From Ascoidea asiatica JCM 7603 (taxonomy: Eukaryota > Fungi > Ascomycota), in the NCBI GenBank assembly GCA_001600695.1, contig BCKQ01000002.1, positions 1,980,935 to 2,020,850 on the forward strand: a DNA stretch of 39,916 nt, in the 5' to 3' direction. Below the pieces are notes generated by a model, which was not told the DNA's origin, ran no database searches, and saw nothing but the letters and a program-made list of their open reading frames with translations. Each line of letters starts with the position of its first letter. Within the stretch, counting starts at the first letter, position 1. Of the stretch, positions 1 through 11,466 are shown in pieces. Made by a program: the position numbers and the translations under genes.

Positions 1-67
1 TTCTTGGATTCACTCTTTGTAAAAGAAATTTGTCTCAAAATTATTTTTAAAAAGATATTTTTTATTA

Positions 68-177
68 TATTCGTCAAATCATAATTGAATCAAAATAATG
101 AACTCTTATTTGGATACTTGTTTTTAGTCATTTCATTAAAAAAATATGCCTTTTCAATAATATTTAATGAATTCAAA
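68..177. repeat. Diverged direct repeat, copy A (coding relic on - strand)
   Basis: Shares TATTCGTCAAAT...TATGCCTTTTC...TTTAATGA.TTCAAA with 1422-1539. The - strand reads SLNSLNIIEKAYFFNEMTKNKYPNKSSLF*FNYDLTN. Confidence 0.7.
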
Positions 178-333
178 GAGAATACTGTGATTTAGTTATA
201 TGAAATGAATAAGTATATTTATAAAAGTTAATAGATAGTTGTATAGAAAATATTATTTAATGATGAATAATTGATAAAAGATAAAAATTTCTCAGATTTG
301 ATTCAATATAGTTAGATACCATGATGATTCCTT

Positions 334-1128
334 TCACCAAGAATCACTATCATAATCATTATCACCATCATTGTTATCATAATTATCATAATCATTGTCA
401 TTGTCATTGTCATTGTCATCACTATGATAATTATCGTAGTCATTGTCATCTTCATCATCTTCTTCATCTTCTTCATCATCTAAAGAATTACTATTCTCAT
501 CACTGAACTCATCACTATCAATATCACTATCAATATTACTATCGCTATCACTGTCACTGTCATCATCATCAGAATCATCAGGGTAGTAATCATCTAAAGC
601 ATCGTAATCTCTATCATCATCTTCAGATTCATCTGAAGTATCGCTGCCTTCAAATCTTTTAGTTGAATAACTTCCTTCTTTATCTAAATGCGACCAACTA
701 TTTATATTTGAAGGAACATACTTTTTTGAATTATATTTGGCTTTTTTAAGTCTTTTTTTATCCCTTTTACGTTTCGCACGTTTTTTTTTTCTTTTAATAC
801 GTTTAATTTTTTTAGAAATTGAAGAATTTGATAATCCAGAAATTTTTAAATTATTATTACTCAATTTTGAAATTTTTAAAGATTTCGGTTCTTTAGTATT
901 CTTCAACAATTTTAAATTTGAACTTCCAGGTTCTAAATTCATGACATTTTGAAGTCTTTTACTAATAAATTTATTTAAAAATAAAGCTTTATTATTTGAA
1001 AAAATAAATTTTAAAAGTTGTACAAAATTATTATCTTTTAAATAATTTGAAATTACTTCATATGCACTTTTAATTAATTTTGATAAATTTTTTTTAATAA
1101 AAAATATAATTTTAACAAAAAAATCCAT
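334..1128 (-). CDS. Hypothetical protein with basic cluster and long acidic (D/E/S) tail; possibly a remnant of a decayed tandem gene family
   Basis: 264-aa ORF with KKIKRIKRKKKRAKRKRDKKRLKK followed by an Asp-rich tail. No family recognised. Flanked by two decayed copies of a coding-like segment (68-177 and 1422-1539). Confidence 0.45.
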   Translation of the reverse strand: MDFFVKIIFFIKKNLSKLIKSAYEVISNYLKDNNFVQLLKFIFSNNKALFLNKFISKRLQNVMNLEPGSSNLKLLKNTKEPKSLKISKLSNNNLKISGLSNSSISKKIKRIKRKKKRAKRKRDKKRLKKAKYNSKKYVPSNINSWSHLDKEGSYSTKRFEGSDTSDESEDDDRDYDALDDYYPDDSDDDDSDSDSDSNIDSDIDSDEFSDENSNSLDDEEDEEDDEDDNDYDNYHSDDNDNDNDNDYDNYDNNDGDNDYDSDSW

Positions 1129-1421
1129 AACTTTATTTTATTTGAACCTTGTAGAAAAAATAATTATAAAAATCAAAATGAAATTATAATGCTTATAATG
1201 ATTTTACTAAATTATAAATGATATTTAATCAATTTCTTAATTTCAAGAATTAGTTACAACTAAAAGTAGAACCTGAATTCTTTGAAAGGTTCCTTATTAC
1301 ATATAGCCAATTACATATACACTTTTGTCCAAAAAAAAATTAATACTTTTTTCTGGACTTTTTTTTTTAGAAAGAGCCTAACTCTGAAAGAGACTCTTGA
1401 AAGAAAACCTCTATTCTATTC

Positions 1422-1539
1422 TATTCGTCAAATAATAATATCATAATCAAATTAATATAGGAAACTCCCAATTGGGTACTCATTATTTGATATTTCTTAG
1501 AAATGGTATGCCTTTTCTATAACCTTTAATGATTTCAAA
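1422..1539. repeat. Diverged direct repeat, copy B (coding relic on - strand)
   Basis: The - strand reads LKSLKVIEKAYHF*EISNNEYPIGSFLY*FDYD, which aligns with copy A. Confidence 0.7.
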
Positions 1540-2610
1540 AACGAAATGTTGAAACTAGTTTTTTTTCTACTGTTTCTTTTCCCATAAAATTGATTACTTT
1601 TTTTAATATTTTTTTCTCTCTTTCTTCTCCCTCTTTATCAATCACCACATCATTACTGAAAAGCGAGAAAAAAAAATAACTACAAGCAAATGAACTACTT
1701 TCAGCTATTGTAAACGACTAGTATCCTGTGAAAAAAATTGAGCTGCTTATTTGATTAGAAGTGTTCTGGTAGATTCTGAGAAAACTAGCTGATGTTCAAA
1801 AGTAAAAAATCATATCTTTGAAACTAATTCATTTAAGAAATATTTACCAACTTTTTACATAATTAGTGGCAAAACCCCCCGTTGAAGAAAAGTTATTTCA
1901 TTTATCAACCAATTTTATATAAAGCTTCAATTAAATCAAATTGAAATTATCCATTTGAAAATGATTTTTTAAAGAATAAGAATAAAATCTATGAAATTTC
2001 CAGTATTTGTTTGTTTTTTCTTTCTTTTCAGTAATTTATCCAGGCTTAAAATGTTACTCCAAAGTTTGATTTTCAATAATGTAAAATAACGTTAAGGTGA
2101 ACACTCGTAGAAGTGATTTTCACTTGAAGAAATCAGAGTTGCAGAACAATGAAAAATCCAAAACAATGATCTTCTATTATTCAAAGTATCAATAGAGAAT
2201 GGAAGCTGGTTTTGTTCAAATAATTCAATGATAATAAAGTTATTCTGGTAATAATATTGTCAAATATATTAAAATAACCTCTGGGGTTTTTATTCAATTT
2301 TACTCCATTCCAATGTTTCATTTCAATTTGGTTTTTTGTCTTATGAGAGCTTTTTAAAAAGAAATAATGGATTGAGTTTTATTATTTTGTATAAATAGGA
2401 ATGGGATGAACAGAATTATTTTATTTACTTCTGGAGTATTTTTTTTTTGTTTTTTTTTTTAATCTGTTTCATAAATATTTCAAAGAAAAGTAAAAAATAA
2501 ATTCATAATTTTATTCATTCCTTATAATTCAATTTAATCTTGTATTTGATTTCAAGATAATTGAGATCATTTAGAAATTTTTAGTAAAAAAAAAAAAAAA
2601 AAAAAAAGAA

Positions 2611-3986
2611 ATGTATAAACAGATTATATCTTTTGCTCTTTTAGCTTCAACATGTTTTTCAATTGAAGTTTTAGAGAAAAAAGATACAGAAACTTATGGA
2701 TTAACAGGAACTGTTGGGCCAACTACAACTTTAGCAGATAAAACAACTGTTTGTGATATTACAGATTATGGAGCAGTTTCTGGATCAGATATTTCAACAG
2801 CTGTTAATAAAGCATTTACATCATGTGTTGCAACAACAAGTAATTCAAGATTATATATTCCTGAAGGTACATGGAAATTATCAAGTTATTTAGCATTTAC
2901 AAATGTTAATAATTGGACATTTCAAATTGATGGATTAATTGATATTGATAATGATGGAGATTTTAATCAAGTTAATTCAAAAGGTGTTGTAATGCATAGT
3001 GATATGATAAGCAAATTGTAATAATTTTGAAATGTATTCATCAAATGGTAAAGGAGCATTTCAAGCTAATGGATATAAATATAGAACAGAAAATGGATTT
3101 AATGGAGGTGCTTCAAGATTAATGAGAGTTACAAATATTGTTGATTCTTCAATTCATGATTTATTTTTAATTGATTCAAGAACTTTTCATTTAGTTTTAA
3201 CAAATATTACAAATACAGAAATTTATCATTTAACTATAAGAGGACCAAATAGAGGTGGTACAGATGGTATTGATGTTACAGGTACAAATTATTATATTCA
3301 TGATTGTGAAGTTACAAATAAAGATGAATGTGTTTCAATTAAATCAGAATATGATTTGTAATAATTCAAATGGTATGTCAATTGGATCATTAAAATCCAA
3401 TTCAGATATTTCTTTTATGCATGTTAAAAATGTTACATCATATTATGTTAATACAATGATGTATATTAAAACATATCCAGATGGTACAGGTGATACAAAT
3501 ATTGTTAAAACTTGTAAATTTGAAGATTTTACTGGATATCAAGTTGCTTATGGTCTTAATATTGATCAATATTGGTATTTTACAACTGGTGATAGTGGTG
3601 CAGTAACTTTAGAAGATTTACATTATAGTAATTTTTCAGGTTCTATAGCTGCAACATCTAGTGATCCTAAAAAAGTTATAAGAAGTGGAATTTATATTAA
3701 AGGTAGTAGTTATATATTACCAAAGGATATTATTGTTGAAGATTTTAGTTTTTATAAAGATCAAGCTAATGAAAAATATTATATGATTGATGTTTATCAA
3801 AATGTTTATGGATCTGGATATGGTATAGCAACTGGAACTGATACAACAACATATACTTCATCATCAACAGTTACTGCAGCACCTTCAGGATGGACCCAAC
3901 CAACAGAACCAGCATGGGCTGTTGGAACCACTGGTTATGGTTTAACATCTCCAATTCCTGTTTATACTCCAGCTGCTCTCTGGTAG
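2611..3986 (+). pseudogene. GH28 rhamnogalacturonase (RGase A/RhgA-like), secreted; interrupted by two frameshifts (~3010 and ~3347)
   Basis: Three consecutive ORFs are collinear with Aspergillus RGase A: signal peptide, LTGTVGPTT, CDITDYGAV, FQIDG, FEMYSSNGKGAFQ, IRGPNRGGTDGIDV, VTNKDECVSIKS, CNNSNGMSIGSL, YGSGYG, TVTAAPSGW. At each junction a single nucleotide replaces conserved codons. Confidence 0.88.
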
Positions 3987-4305
3987 ATTATTTCTGGTAT
4001 ATAAAACAAAATATGTATATTTTTCAATATTTTTATTTAAAACTTTTACTTATTGATTAAGTAGACATTAAATAACTAAGCATTTTTCAATAAATTTTTT
4101 GATTTCTTTTTCTTAAATTGTAAGTAACAAACATATAACACTAATCTTTAAAACAATAATAATCTTCTATATATTCTTCATATACTCCATAAAGGTTAAT
4201 ATTGTATATACAGCATTTCTTCTCCATTGTCTATCTCTTCATTGTTTATCTCTTCATTGTTTATATTTATTCCCTATTTGTTTGTATTTTGTTGAACTTT
4301 CATTA

Positions 4306-4365
4306 TGAGACCAGTATTGCGGCTCTTCTTTGGTCTTGTTTTGAGACCACTATTGCGGGTCTTCT
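4306..4365. repeat. Two 24-bp imperfect direct repeats with a 36-bp period, each partly self-complementary
   Basis: TGAGACCAGTATTGCGGCTCTTCT (4306-4329) and TGAGACCACTATTGCGGGTCTTCT (4342-4365), 2 mismatches. Confidence 0.85.
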
Positions 4366-4651
4366 GTTTTAAATTTTGTCTGCGGATTTCCGATGATGCT
4401 ACGTATCCGTGTCATTTCCCTGCAGCATGAGAGTTGTTCCGGTGCCGGAGAAAAGTCCTTAAATTTCAACTGCTTTGGCTTTTAGAACATTTTTATGGAA
4501 CAATTTCGCTTTTGAAGACGAGAGATCTAAAAAAACAATTATAAGAATAGAATAAAATAACATAAAGAAGAAAATTGTAAAGAAATTGGATAGGCAAATA
4601 TTTTGGAGATAACTATTTTTGGAGAGAGAATTCGATTCATAAATATTAAAA

Positions 4652-6439
4652 ATGCGATCAATTTCTATAATTTCAGGTGGTACTGCAACTAATTCTATTT
4701 TACCTTCTTTATTCTCAATTAATAATCCTCCAAGTGAAAGAATAAATTATGAAAGAAATCGAGAAATACGTTTAAGAAGTAATTCAATTGATCCTCCAAT
4801 TGGTTTTTTAGTTGAACGTCAATCTGAGATACAAGAAGATATTAATTATGGTCTTCCTAATGGTAATACCCATGGCCTTCCAAATGGATCTACATTTGAT
4901 CCAACTTCAAATTATCCTATTCAATTACCAAAAGGTAAAATACATCCAAAATTTAAATTGAATTTTATATTACCAATATCTGATAATGGTGGTTCTTCAA
5001 ATATTGTTTCTGATTATTTTGATTGTGTTGCAATTGGTGATATAAGAGCAAGATTATGTAATATTTTTTTATTCTTATCTAAACCTTATATTGAAGAAGA
5101 AGAAGAAGAAGAACAGCAATCTGAACAACAACCTGAACAACAACCTGAACAACAACAAGAGCAACAAGAACAGCAAATAGAAGAACAGGAGGAAGAATAT
5201 AGTAATGATGAATATGAAGATGAAGATGAAGATGAGTACGAATATGATTCCGAAAGTCTGGAAAATTGTTATTCTGAATATAGAAAATATCCATTTTATT
5301 TGGAATTTTATAAAATTTTAAATTTAAGATTAAATAAAGATAATAGTTTATTGGCAAAACATCAATTTCTTGAAATTATTAATTATCAATATATTGAATT
5401 ACTTGAAATTGTTGGTAATAAAGATCAAATTTTATTAAATAATATTGTTATAAATTTATTACAATTATTAGGTTATTTAAATATTCAATATAAATTAATT
5501 GAAAATAATAATTTTGATTTTAAAAATTGTTCAATTGGTAATTTAGTATTCATTTCAATTTCAAAATTTTTTAAATATAATAAAATTAATGATATTTTAT
5601 TAAAATTATATGATTTACTTCATTTAAATTCTCATATAAATAAAATTACAAATTTATTTAATCTTTTTGGAATCTCAAATGATTTATATAATAGAATTCA
5701 TTTATCTTTAATTTTAAATGATAATAAACTTCTTAATGGACAAAATGAAATTTCTCATCCAAATTTAAATTTTATTAATTCTTCAAATTTAATTATTGTT
5801 AATCAAAATATTATTCCAATAACATCTCCAATTTTAATTCCAATAAAATCTTTATATTATTTTAAATTACCAAATAATTCTATTCCAATCTCTCAACAAA
5901 TTCAATATAATAAATATAAACTTAATCCTTCAAATTTAGTCTCAAATTCAATTTTAAATTCAGATTATATAATTTATTCAATTGGTTCTTTATTCACTAG
6001 TATTTTACCAATATTAATGTCAAATAATTTAGCTAATAATATTTTAAATTCAAGAAAACTATTAAAAAAAATAATGATTTTAAATTCTGTATATGATAGA
6101 GAAATTTATAATTTTAATATCATTAATTATTTATATTATTTCTTAGTATCAATTATTAATTCATTAGATTTTAATTTTAATAGAGAAAATTCAATACAAT
6201 TTAATAATTTATCTGAAATTTCAATTCGTTCAATCTTAGATTTAGAAGTTCAATATAATATTAAACTTAATATGTTCTTAGATATAATAATCTTTAATCA
6301 ATATAATCAAGTTAATATTATTGAAAATATAGATAGTTTATATCATTATTTTAATATTATTTGTATTCAATCTAAATCTGATAATTATTATTATAATAAT
6401 AATTATCTCTCACTTATTTTAAATGATTTAATAAGTTAA
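4652..6439 (+). CDS. CofD/UPF0052 (YvcK-like) family protein, YNL011C-like
   Basis: Motifs ISGGTATNS, ILPISDNGGSS, IGDIRARL, SIGNL, GQNEISHP, YSIGSLFTSILP, NSVYDRE. Carries a Q/E/P repeat insertion at ~5094-5250. Confidence 0.88.
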   Translation: MRSISIISGGTATNSILPSLFSINNPPSERINYERNREIRLRSNSIDPPIGFLVERQSEIQEDINYGLPNGNTHGLPNGSTFDPTSNYPIQLPKGKIHPKFKLNFILPISDNGGSSNIVSDYFDCVAIGDIRARLCNIFLFLSKPYIEEEEEEEQQSEQQPEQQPEQQQEQQEQQIEEQEEEYSNDEYEDEDEDEYEYDSESLENCYSEYRKYPFYLEFYKILNLRLNKDNSLLAKHQFLEIINYQYIELLEIVGNKDQILLNNIVINLLQLLGYLNIQYKLIENNNFDFKNCSIGNLVFISISKFFKYNKINDILLKLYDLLHLNSHINKITNLFNLFGISNDLYNRIHLSLILNDNKLLNGQNEISHPNLNFINSSNLIIVNQNIIPITSPILIPIKSLYYFKLPNNSIPISQQIQYNKYKLNPSNLVSNSILNSDYIIYSIGSLFTSILPILMSNNLANNILNSRKLLKKIMILNSVYDREIYNFNIINYLYYFLVSIINSLDFNFNRENSIQFNNLSEISIRSILDLEVQYNIKLNMFLDIIIFNQYNQVNIIENIDSLYHYFNIICIQSKSDNYYYNNNYLSLILNDLIS

Positions 6440-7657
6440 TAATTATTATTCAGTATATCATAGAGACAAAAAGCAATATATATTTACAACTCAGTGTAAT
6501 TATAATAAACATAGAAAGCTTCATATTAAAATAGAAAATAAAAATCGTAATTTGATTCAATTTTTAAAATTCAATCAAACCATGCCTTTATTAAATTGAC
6601 TGACGAATTTGATAAGTTTTATAGGTATTCTGTATGATTTATTAATTTATTATGAGATTTTGAATTATTAATTTTCAAATTGATTCATGCAAGGAAAAAA
6701 AATGTAAAAAAAAAAGTATGCTTTCAAATAAGTAACAAGCATAATCACTTAAGAGTAACAAAGTCTTTATAAAAATTGGATTAGAATTAAGTATAAGATA
6801 AAACAAGAGTAATTATTTTCTTTTTTTTTGTAATAAGAAAATTTAATATGATCAAAAATAGTTTTGAAACATTTGAACTAAAATAAAAAACATTAGAAGA
6901 CAAAGGATAAGAATAGTGAGAAAAAGATATTAAGGTGAAAAATTAATATGACATAATATTACTATGAGAGACAAGATAATGACTAAAAAATATTGAAATT
7001 AAAAATGAGAATAATAAAGTAAAATGATAAAGTGTAAGATCAACAAGAGATAAGTAAAAATGTAACAAAACATTAAAAATGAGGAGTAAAAGAGGAAAAG
7101 AGTAAATAAGTAAAAAGTAATTAGGAGATATAAGAAATGATAAGGGAATAAGATAATAAAATTTTTGAGAAAGGAAAAGGGAAACTATAAAGAAAAAAAT
7201 TCAAAATATTGACCAAAAAATAGAAGACATATACAGTATATATATATATATATATAATAATGTATATATGTGTGAATCTTTCAGTATATTCTGATTTATA
7301 ATTAATAAAATTAAAAATATTAATAAAGACTGACAAAAAAAAAAGTATAATATTAACAAATAAAGCAAACAACAATTACTTTTATCAGGGTATATGTAGA
7401 GATTTTATTCGATTGAACAATAAAAATTAAGTTTGATCACAGAATAGTATATATTATTGTTGATCACAAAAGTTTGCTTTCAGAAATAAAGAGCTTTATC
7501 TTTTTTTTTATCTTTAGTCAGTTTATGCTTTATCTCTTTATAGGGAAGATAAAATGGGAAAATATGAGTGAGGAAATTTGAATGATGGACAAAAATTGAG
7601 GAATGGGAAATGTATGAGTAAGTAAAAAATGAGGAATTTTTGTTGTAATTGATGCTC

Positions 7658-10351
7658 TTAAGCAATCATTTTTTTAGCCCATTTTGCAGTATTTCTTGTA
7701 GTGGAAGTGAAATTTGGATTTGTTCTAATTTTCTTAATGAATTGTTGCACCCAAGGTTGTTTGAAGTACATTTTAACATCATCATCATTTAAAAACATTT
7801 GAGCTAAATCACCAATTAAACCAACAGCAGATCTGCAAACATTATCATTTGTTGAAAAGTTGAAATCTGAATGAATGGTATCTAAAAATTTGAAAATATA
7901 TTCAACGTATGGCTTTATTGAGTTTGGAGCCTCACTTAAACCTGCAACTACACCAACATATGCATCTAATACGGCTTCTCTGACATCAATTATATATTCA
8001 ATAGTTTCAACAGAAGAATCTTCTGGTTGTAAATTTTGAGCAGCTACACAAATTTGCATAACAACTTCTAAATATTGTTGGAAATTAATACCTATAGAAG
8101 AAGCAATATCACCAAAACAAGATAAAATTGGAGGTCTTAATTCTCTTTTTAAATCTGGATTTGAGAGATTATTACCTAAGATATTTAATAAATCATTACA
8201 ATATGGTAAAATTTGTTCCCCTAATGATCTTGCAATATCGGCTAATAAACCAACAGCTATATTTGAAATACTTGAATCAGTATTAGATAAAGCATTTTTT
8301 AAAAATGGTAAAAAACTATCCATATATTTTAAGAAATTAGATTCAATTGAAGTAGAAATTGCACTAATTGCAATAAATAGATCTTCTTCAATTAAAGAGT
8401 TTGATTGTAAAGTTAATAATTTTAAGAACATTTCCATTAAGGAATCTGATACATTTAAAACATCTTTACCAGCTCTTCTAATAACATTTGATAATAAAGA
8501 TAAAATATTACTTTGTAATTCTAAGATATTATTTACATCATTAATATTTTGACTACCAGATTCAATTATATTTGATGTAAAATTTAATCTTGATAAAGCT
8601 TCAGTGGCAATTGAATTAACAAAATTCATTACATCATTTGAAGAATATAAAACTAAAGCAGATAAAGCTTCATAAGCAGAAGCTCTTGAAGAAAATTCAT
8701 TATCATCTCTTGAAGATACTTGAAGTAAAGCAGGCACTAAAGCTGGATAATATTGAGACATCACTGAAGTTTCATTTGATTTATTTTCATTATCATTATC
8801 TATATCTTTTTCAATATTATCAGTAGGAGGATTTAAAATATCTTGATTTAATTGTTCAATTAAATTCATTAAAGTCCAACAACAATTAGTAATAACTTTT
8901 GGATGATCACTAAGACCTGTTAAGATTGCTTTTATAACATTTGGTAAATGTTCATTGATATCAATTGATTCAATACTTAAATCAGATATTCTACCAAGAC
9001 ACCAAGCAACAGTTTCTTTAACTTGTAAGAAATCATCATTAATTAAACCTAAAATTGAATTTAAAGCTTGAGAAATTAAATTTTTTAGTTGATCATGATC
9101 AGGACCATCTAAGATTGAACCAAAAGCCATTACAGCACTTTCTCTTGATCTCCAATCATCATTATTAATATTTTGTTCAACAAAAGTTAAAACAGGTTGA
9201 ACAATATTATTACCACAATTTTGAGAAAATAATTGTAAACATGAGCCTGCAGCCATAGAAATTGACCAAGTATCATCTTCAGGATCTTCATTTTGTTTTT
9301 TAAGTAAATTTAATAAAGTTGGAATAATATCATTTAAAGCAGCATTTGCAAAACCATAATTTACAAGATCCAGATCAATATCATCAGATTTATTATCATT
9401 TGTTGAAGAATCAGTATTTGAAGAATCAGATAATAATTCTGATTTTCTAAAAGCAATTTCTAATTCTTCTTCACAAACAGTTGACCAAAATTCAACAGCC
9501 ATACAAGCAACTTTTTCATCATTATTTTGCATACCTAAAATTGTTAAAGAATAAAGAGCTTTTTCCATATATAAACTCATATATTTATAATAAATTGACA
9601 TAATTTTAGCTAAAGCACCAAAAGCAGCAATTTGTAAATTTATATCATCATCTTGAGTTGCTTCACAAACTACTTGCATAATAAAATTTCTTTCACCATC
9701 TTTTTGAAAATTATAATTAATAAATTCTAAAGAATTAACTAAAGCATTAATTGCAGTTAATCTAATTAATTTAGAAGGTTCAGATTCTTGAGCAGCTTGA
9801 ATAATTGCAATTAAAAATCCATTTGATTGAGAAATAATATTATAATTATTTGGATCTGAATTTTCACAAATATAACCAATTGTTAAAAGTGAAGCTCTTT
9901 TAATATTTATTGGAATATTAATTTTAGTATTATTAATTAAAATTTCAATTAATGAAGACCAATTATTATTATTAATTAATTCTAATTCAGCAATTGTTGA
10001 AATTAATTGTGATAAAGAATTTAAAACTCTATAATCATTATTTTCATTATTTAAATTATCAATTAAAATTTGTTTAAAATTTTCTTTAAATTCACTTGAT
10101 AATTCTAACCATTTATTTAAATTTTTTTTTTTAATTGAATTAATTTTTGAAAAAAATTGATTTTTAATTAAAATTATTGAAAGCATACGAACTTCAATTT
10201 TAATTGAATCATTTTTTAAAACTTCAATTAATGAAGATAAATATAATTGAAAATTTTCTTTTGATAAACTATCTAATTGAAATTCAGCCTCTTTACGTTT
10301 ATCAGTATCTGAACTTAAGATTGCATTTTCTAAAACTTGAGAGATATCCAT
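7658..10351 (-). CDS. KAP95: Importin beta (karyopherin beta-1)
   Basis: 897-aa HEAT-repeat protein with ERNFIMQVVCEATQ, AVEFWSTVCEEE, ESAVMAFGSILDGP, VKETVAWCLGRI, LRPPILSCFGDIA. Confidence 0.97.
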   Translation of the reverse strand: MDISQVLENAILSSDTDKRKEAEFQLDSLSKENFQLYLSSLIEVLKNDSIKIEVRMLSIILIKNQFFSKINSIKKKNLNKWLELSSEFKENFKQILIDNLNNENNDYRVLNSLSQLISTIAELELINNNNWSSLIEILINNTKINIPINIKRASLLTIGYICENSDPNNYNIISQSNGFLIAIIQAAQESEPSKLIRLTAINALVNSLEFINYNFQKDGERNFIMQVVCEATQDDDINLQIAAFGALAKIMSIYYKYMSLYMEKALYSLTILGMQNNDEKVACMAVEFWSTVCEEELEIAFRKSELLSDSSNTDSSTNDNKSDDIDLDLVNYGFANAALNDIIPTLLNLLKKQNEDPEDDTWSISMAAGSCLQLFSQNCGNNIVQPVLTFVEQNINNDDWRSRESAVMAFGSILDGPDHDQLKNLISQALNSILGLINDDFLQVKETVAWCLGRISDLSIESIDINEHLPNVIKAILTGLSDHPKVITNCCWTLMNLIEQLNQDILNPPTDNIEKDIDNDNENKSNETSVMSQYYPALVPALLQVSSRDDNEFSSRASAYEALSALVLYSSNDVMNFVNSIATEALSRLNFTSNIIESGSQNINDVNNILELQSNILSLLSNVIRRAGKDVLNVSDSLMEMFLKLLTLQSNSLIEEDLFIAISAISTSIESNFLKYMDSFLPFLKNALSNTDSSISNIAVGLLADIARSLGEQILPYCNDLLNILGNNLSNPDLKRELRPPILSCFGDIASSIGINFQQYLEVVMQICVAAQNLQPEDSSVETIEYIIDVREAVLDAYVGVVAGLSEAPNSIKPYVEYIFKFLDTIHSDFNFSTNDNVCRSAVGLIGDLAQMFLNDDDVKMYFKQPWVQQFIKKIRTNPNFTSTTRNTAKWAKKMIA

Positions 10352-10562
10352 TTTTTAAAGAATTTATTTTGATATTATGTTAGATTATTAAATTAGATTA
10401 TGATATGAAATAATAGGAAATGATATATAATTAAATGAATAATATATACCGATGATTCAAGAAAATAATTATTTATAATTTATTAGATTCAGAAATTTGT
10501 TGAAATAATCTAGATAAATGGTTATGATTATGGCTAAAATAAATTAAATTGGAAAAAAAAAT

Positions 10563-10612
10563 TAGATTAAACTAAATTAAATTAAATTAAATTAAATTAA
10601 ATTAAATTAAAT
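10563..10612. repeat. (TAAAT)n pentanucleotide microsatellite upstream of KAP95
   Basis: Directly visible tandem TAAAT units with a few variant units at the 5' end. Confidence 0.85.
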
Positions 10613-11190
10613 CAACTTTAACTCAATTGAATTGAATTAAATAAATCAAAATTAATATATTAAATTTAAATGAAACAAAAAAATTTTAATGTTGAAGAGC
10701 TGGAGTTAAGTTGAGTTGTATACATTTGGAATACCATACTCAGATTCAGCAAAAGAATAATAAACACAGCGATCTGGCGGCAGGGCATCAGGTGAAGACT
10801 TAAAAGAGAATGGGACAATGAGGAACAAATTGGAGGCAAGATAATAGTATTTGTTTAGCTTTATGTAGCAACAGCACATGAAATAGACCCTTTAAAACAG
10901 AACCTATAAATTACTGCATGTGACATCTGCTGATGTAGGAAGATGAAGCAAACCCGCAGAACCGCAAAAAATGGATATCCGTGCTACCTGATCCGGATTC
11001 AGATACAATTGGATATTTAAATCCTTGGTGGCACGGTGGCAAAAAGTAAAACCGTCTTGGATAAAAGTCCCACCACACTGGTTTCAGACTATTTTTAACT
11101 TGAGCTGCGTGTTGCTGTGCAATGTTTGCTCTGAGTGCACAATTCTGTATGTACACATTATGCATATTCACGTTTAATTATGTGTATACA

Positions 11191-11232
11191 TTAGGGCTCT
11201 GTAAAGCAGGGCTCTACCACATTTAGGGCTTT
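11191..11232. promoter_or_regulatory. Cluster of three AGGGCT motifs (Tbf1-like, aRCCCTaa on - strand) in the KAP95/SSP120 divergent promoter
   Basis: TTAGGGCTCT, CAGGGCTCT and TTAGGGCTTT within ~40 bp. AGCCCTAA matches the Tbf1 consensus known from S. cerevisiae. Confidence 0.45.
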
Positions 11233-11466
11233 ATTTCTCCAATTGCACGGTAACGTTACTGCGCAAGGGGGCAAGAAAACGGTTGGATTGCTGTTCTGTT
11301 TCTTAAGCAAATATTTTATTTCAGTATTGTAATCTATTCCAACGAAATATGAATTAATCAACAATCAACTAATCATTTAATCAATTAATCAATTAGCCAA
11401 TCAATTAGTAAATCATCTTTAGTTAGTTGTTCAATTGAGTAGTATATTTTATAATTAATAGGAACA

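Noticed and set aside
321-952. His-rich and Phe/Leu-rich short ORFs (also 5079-5357, 11528-12148, 22866-23081, 23928-24119, 33227-33538)
   Set aside because: Antisense or off-frame shadows of low-complexity tracts in longer genes.
3001-3361. Introns explaining the GH28 fragmentation
   Set aside because: Conserved residues are missing rather than interrupted, and there are no GTATGT/TACTAAC/YAG signals at the junctions.
4306-4365. CRISPR-like repeat-spacer
   Set aside because: Only two units, a 12-bp spacer, eukaryotic context and no cas genes.
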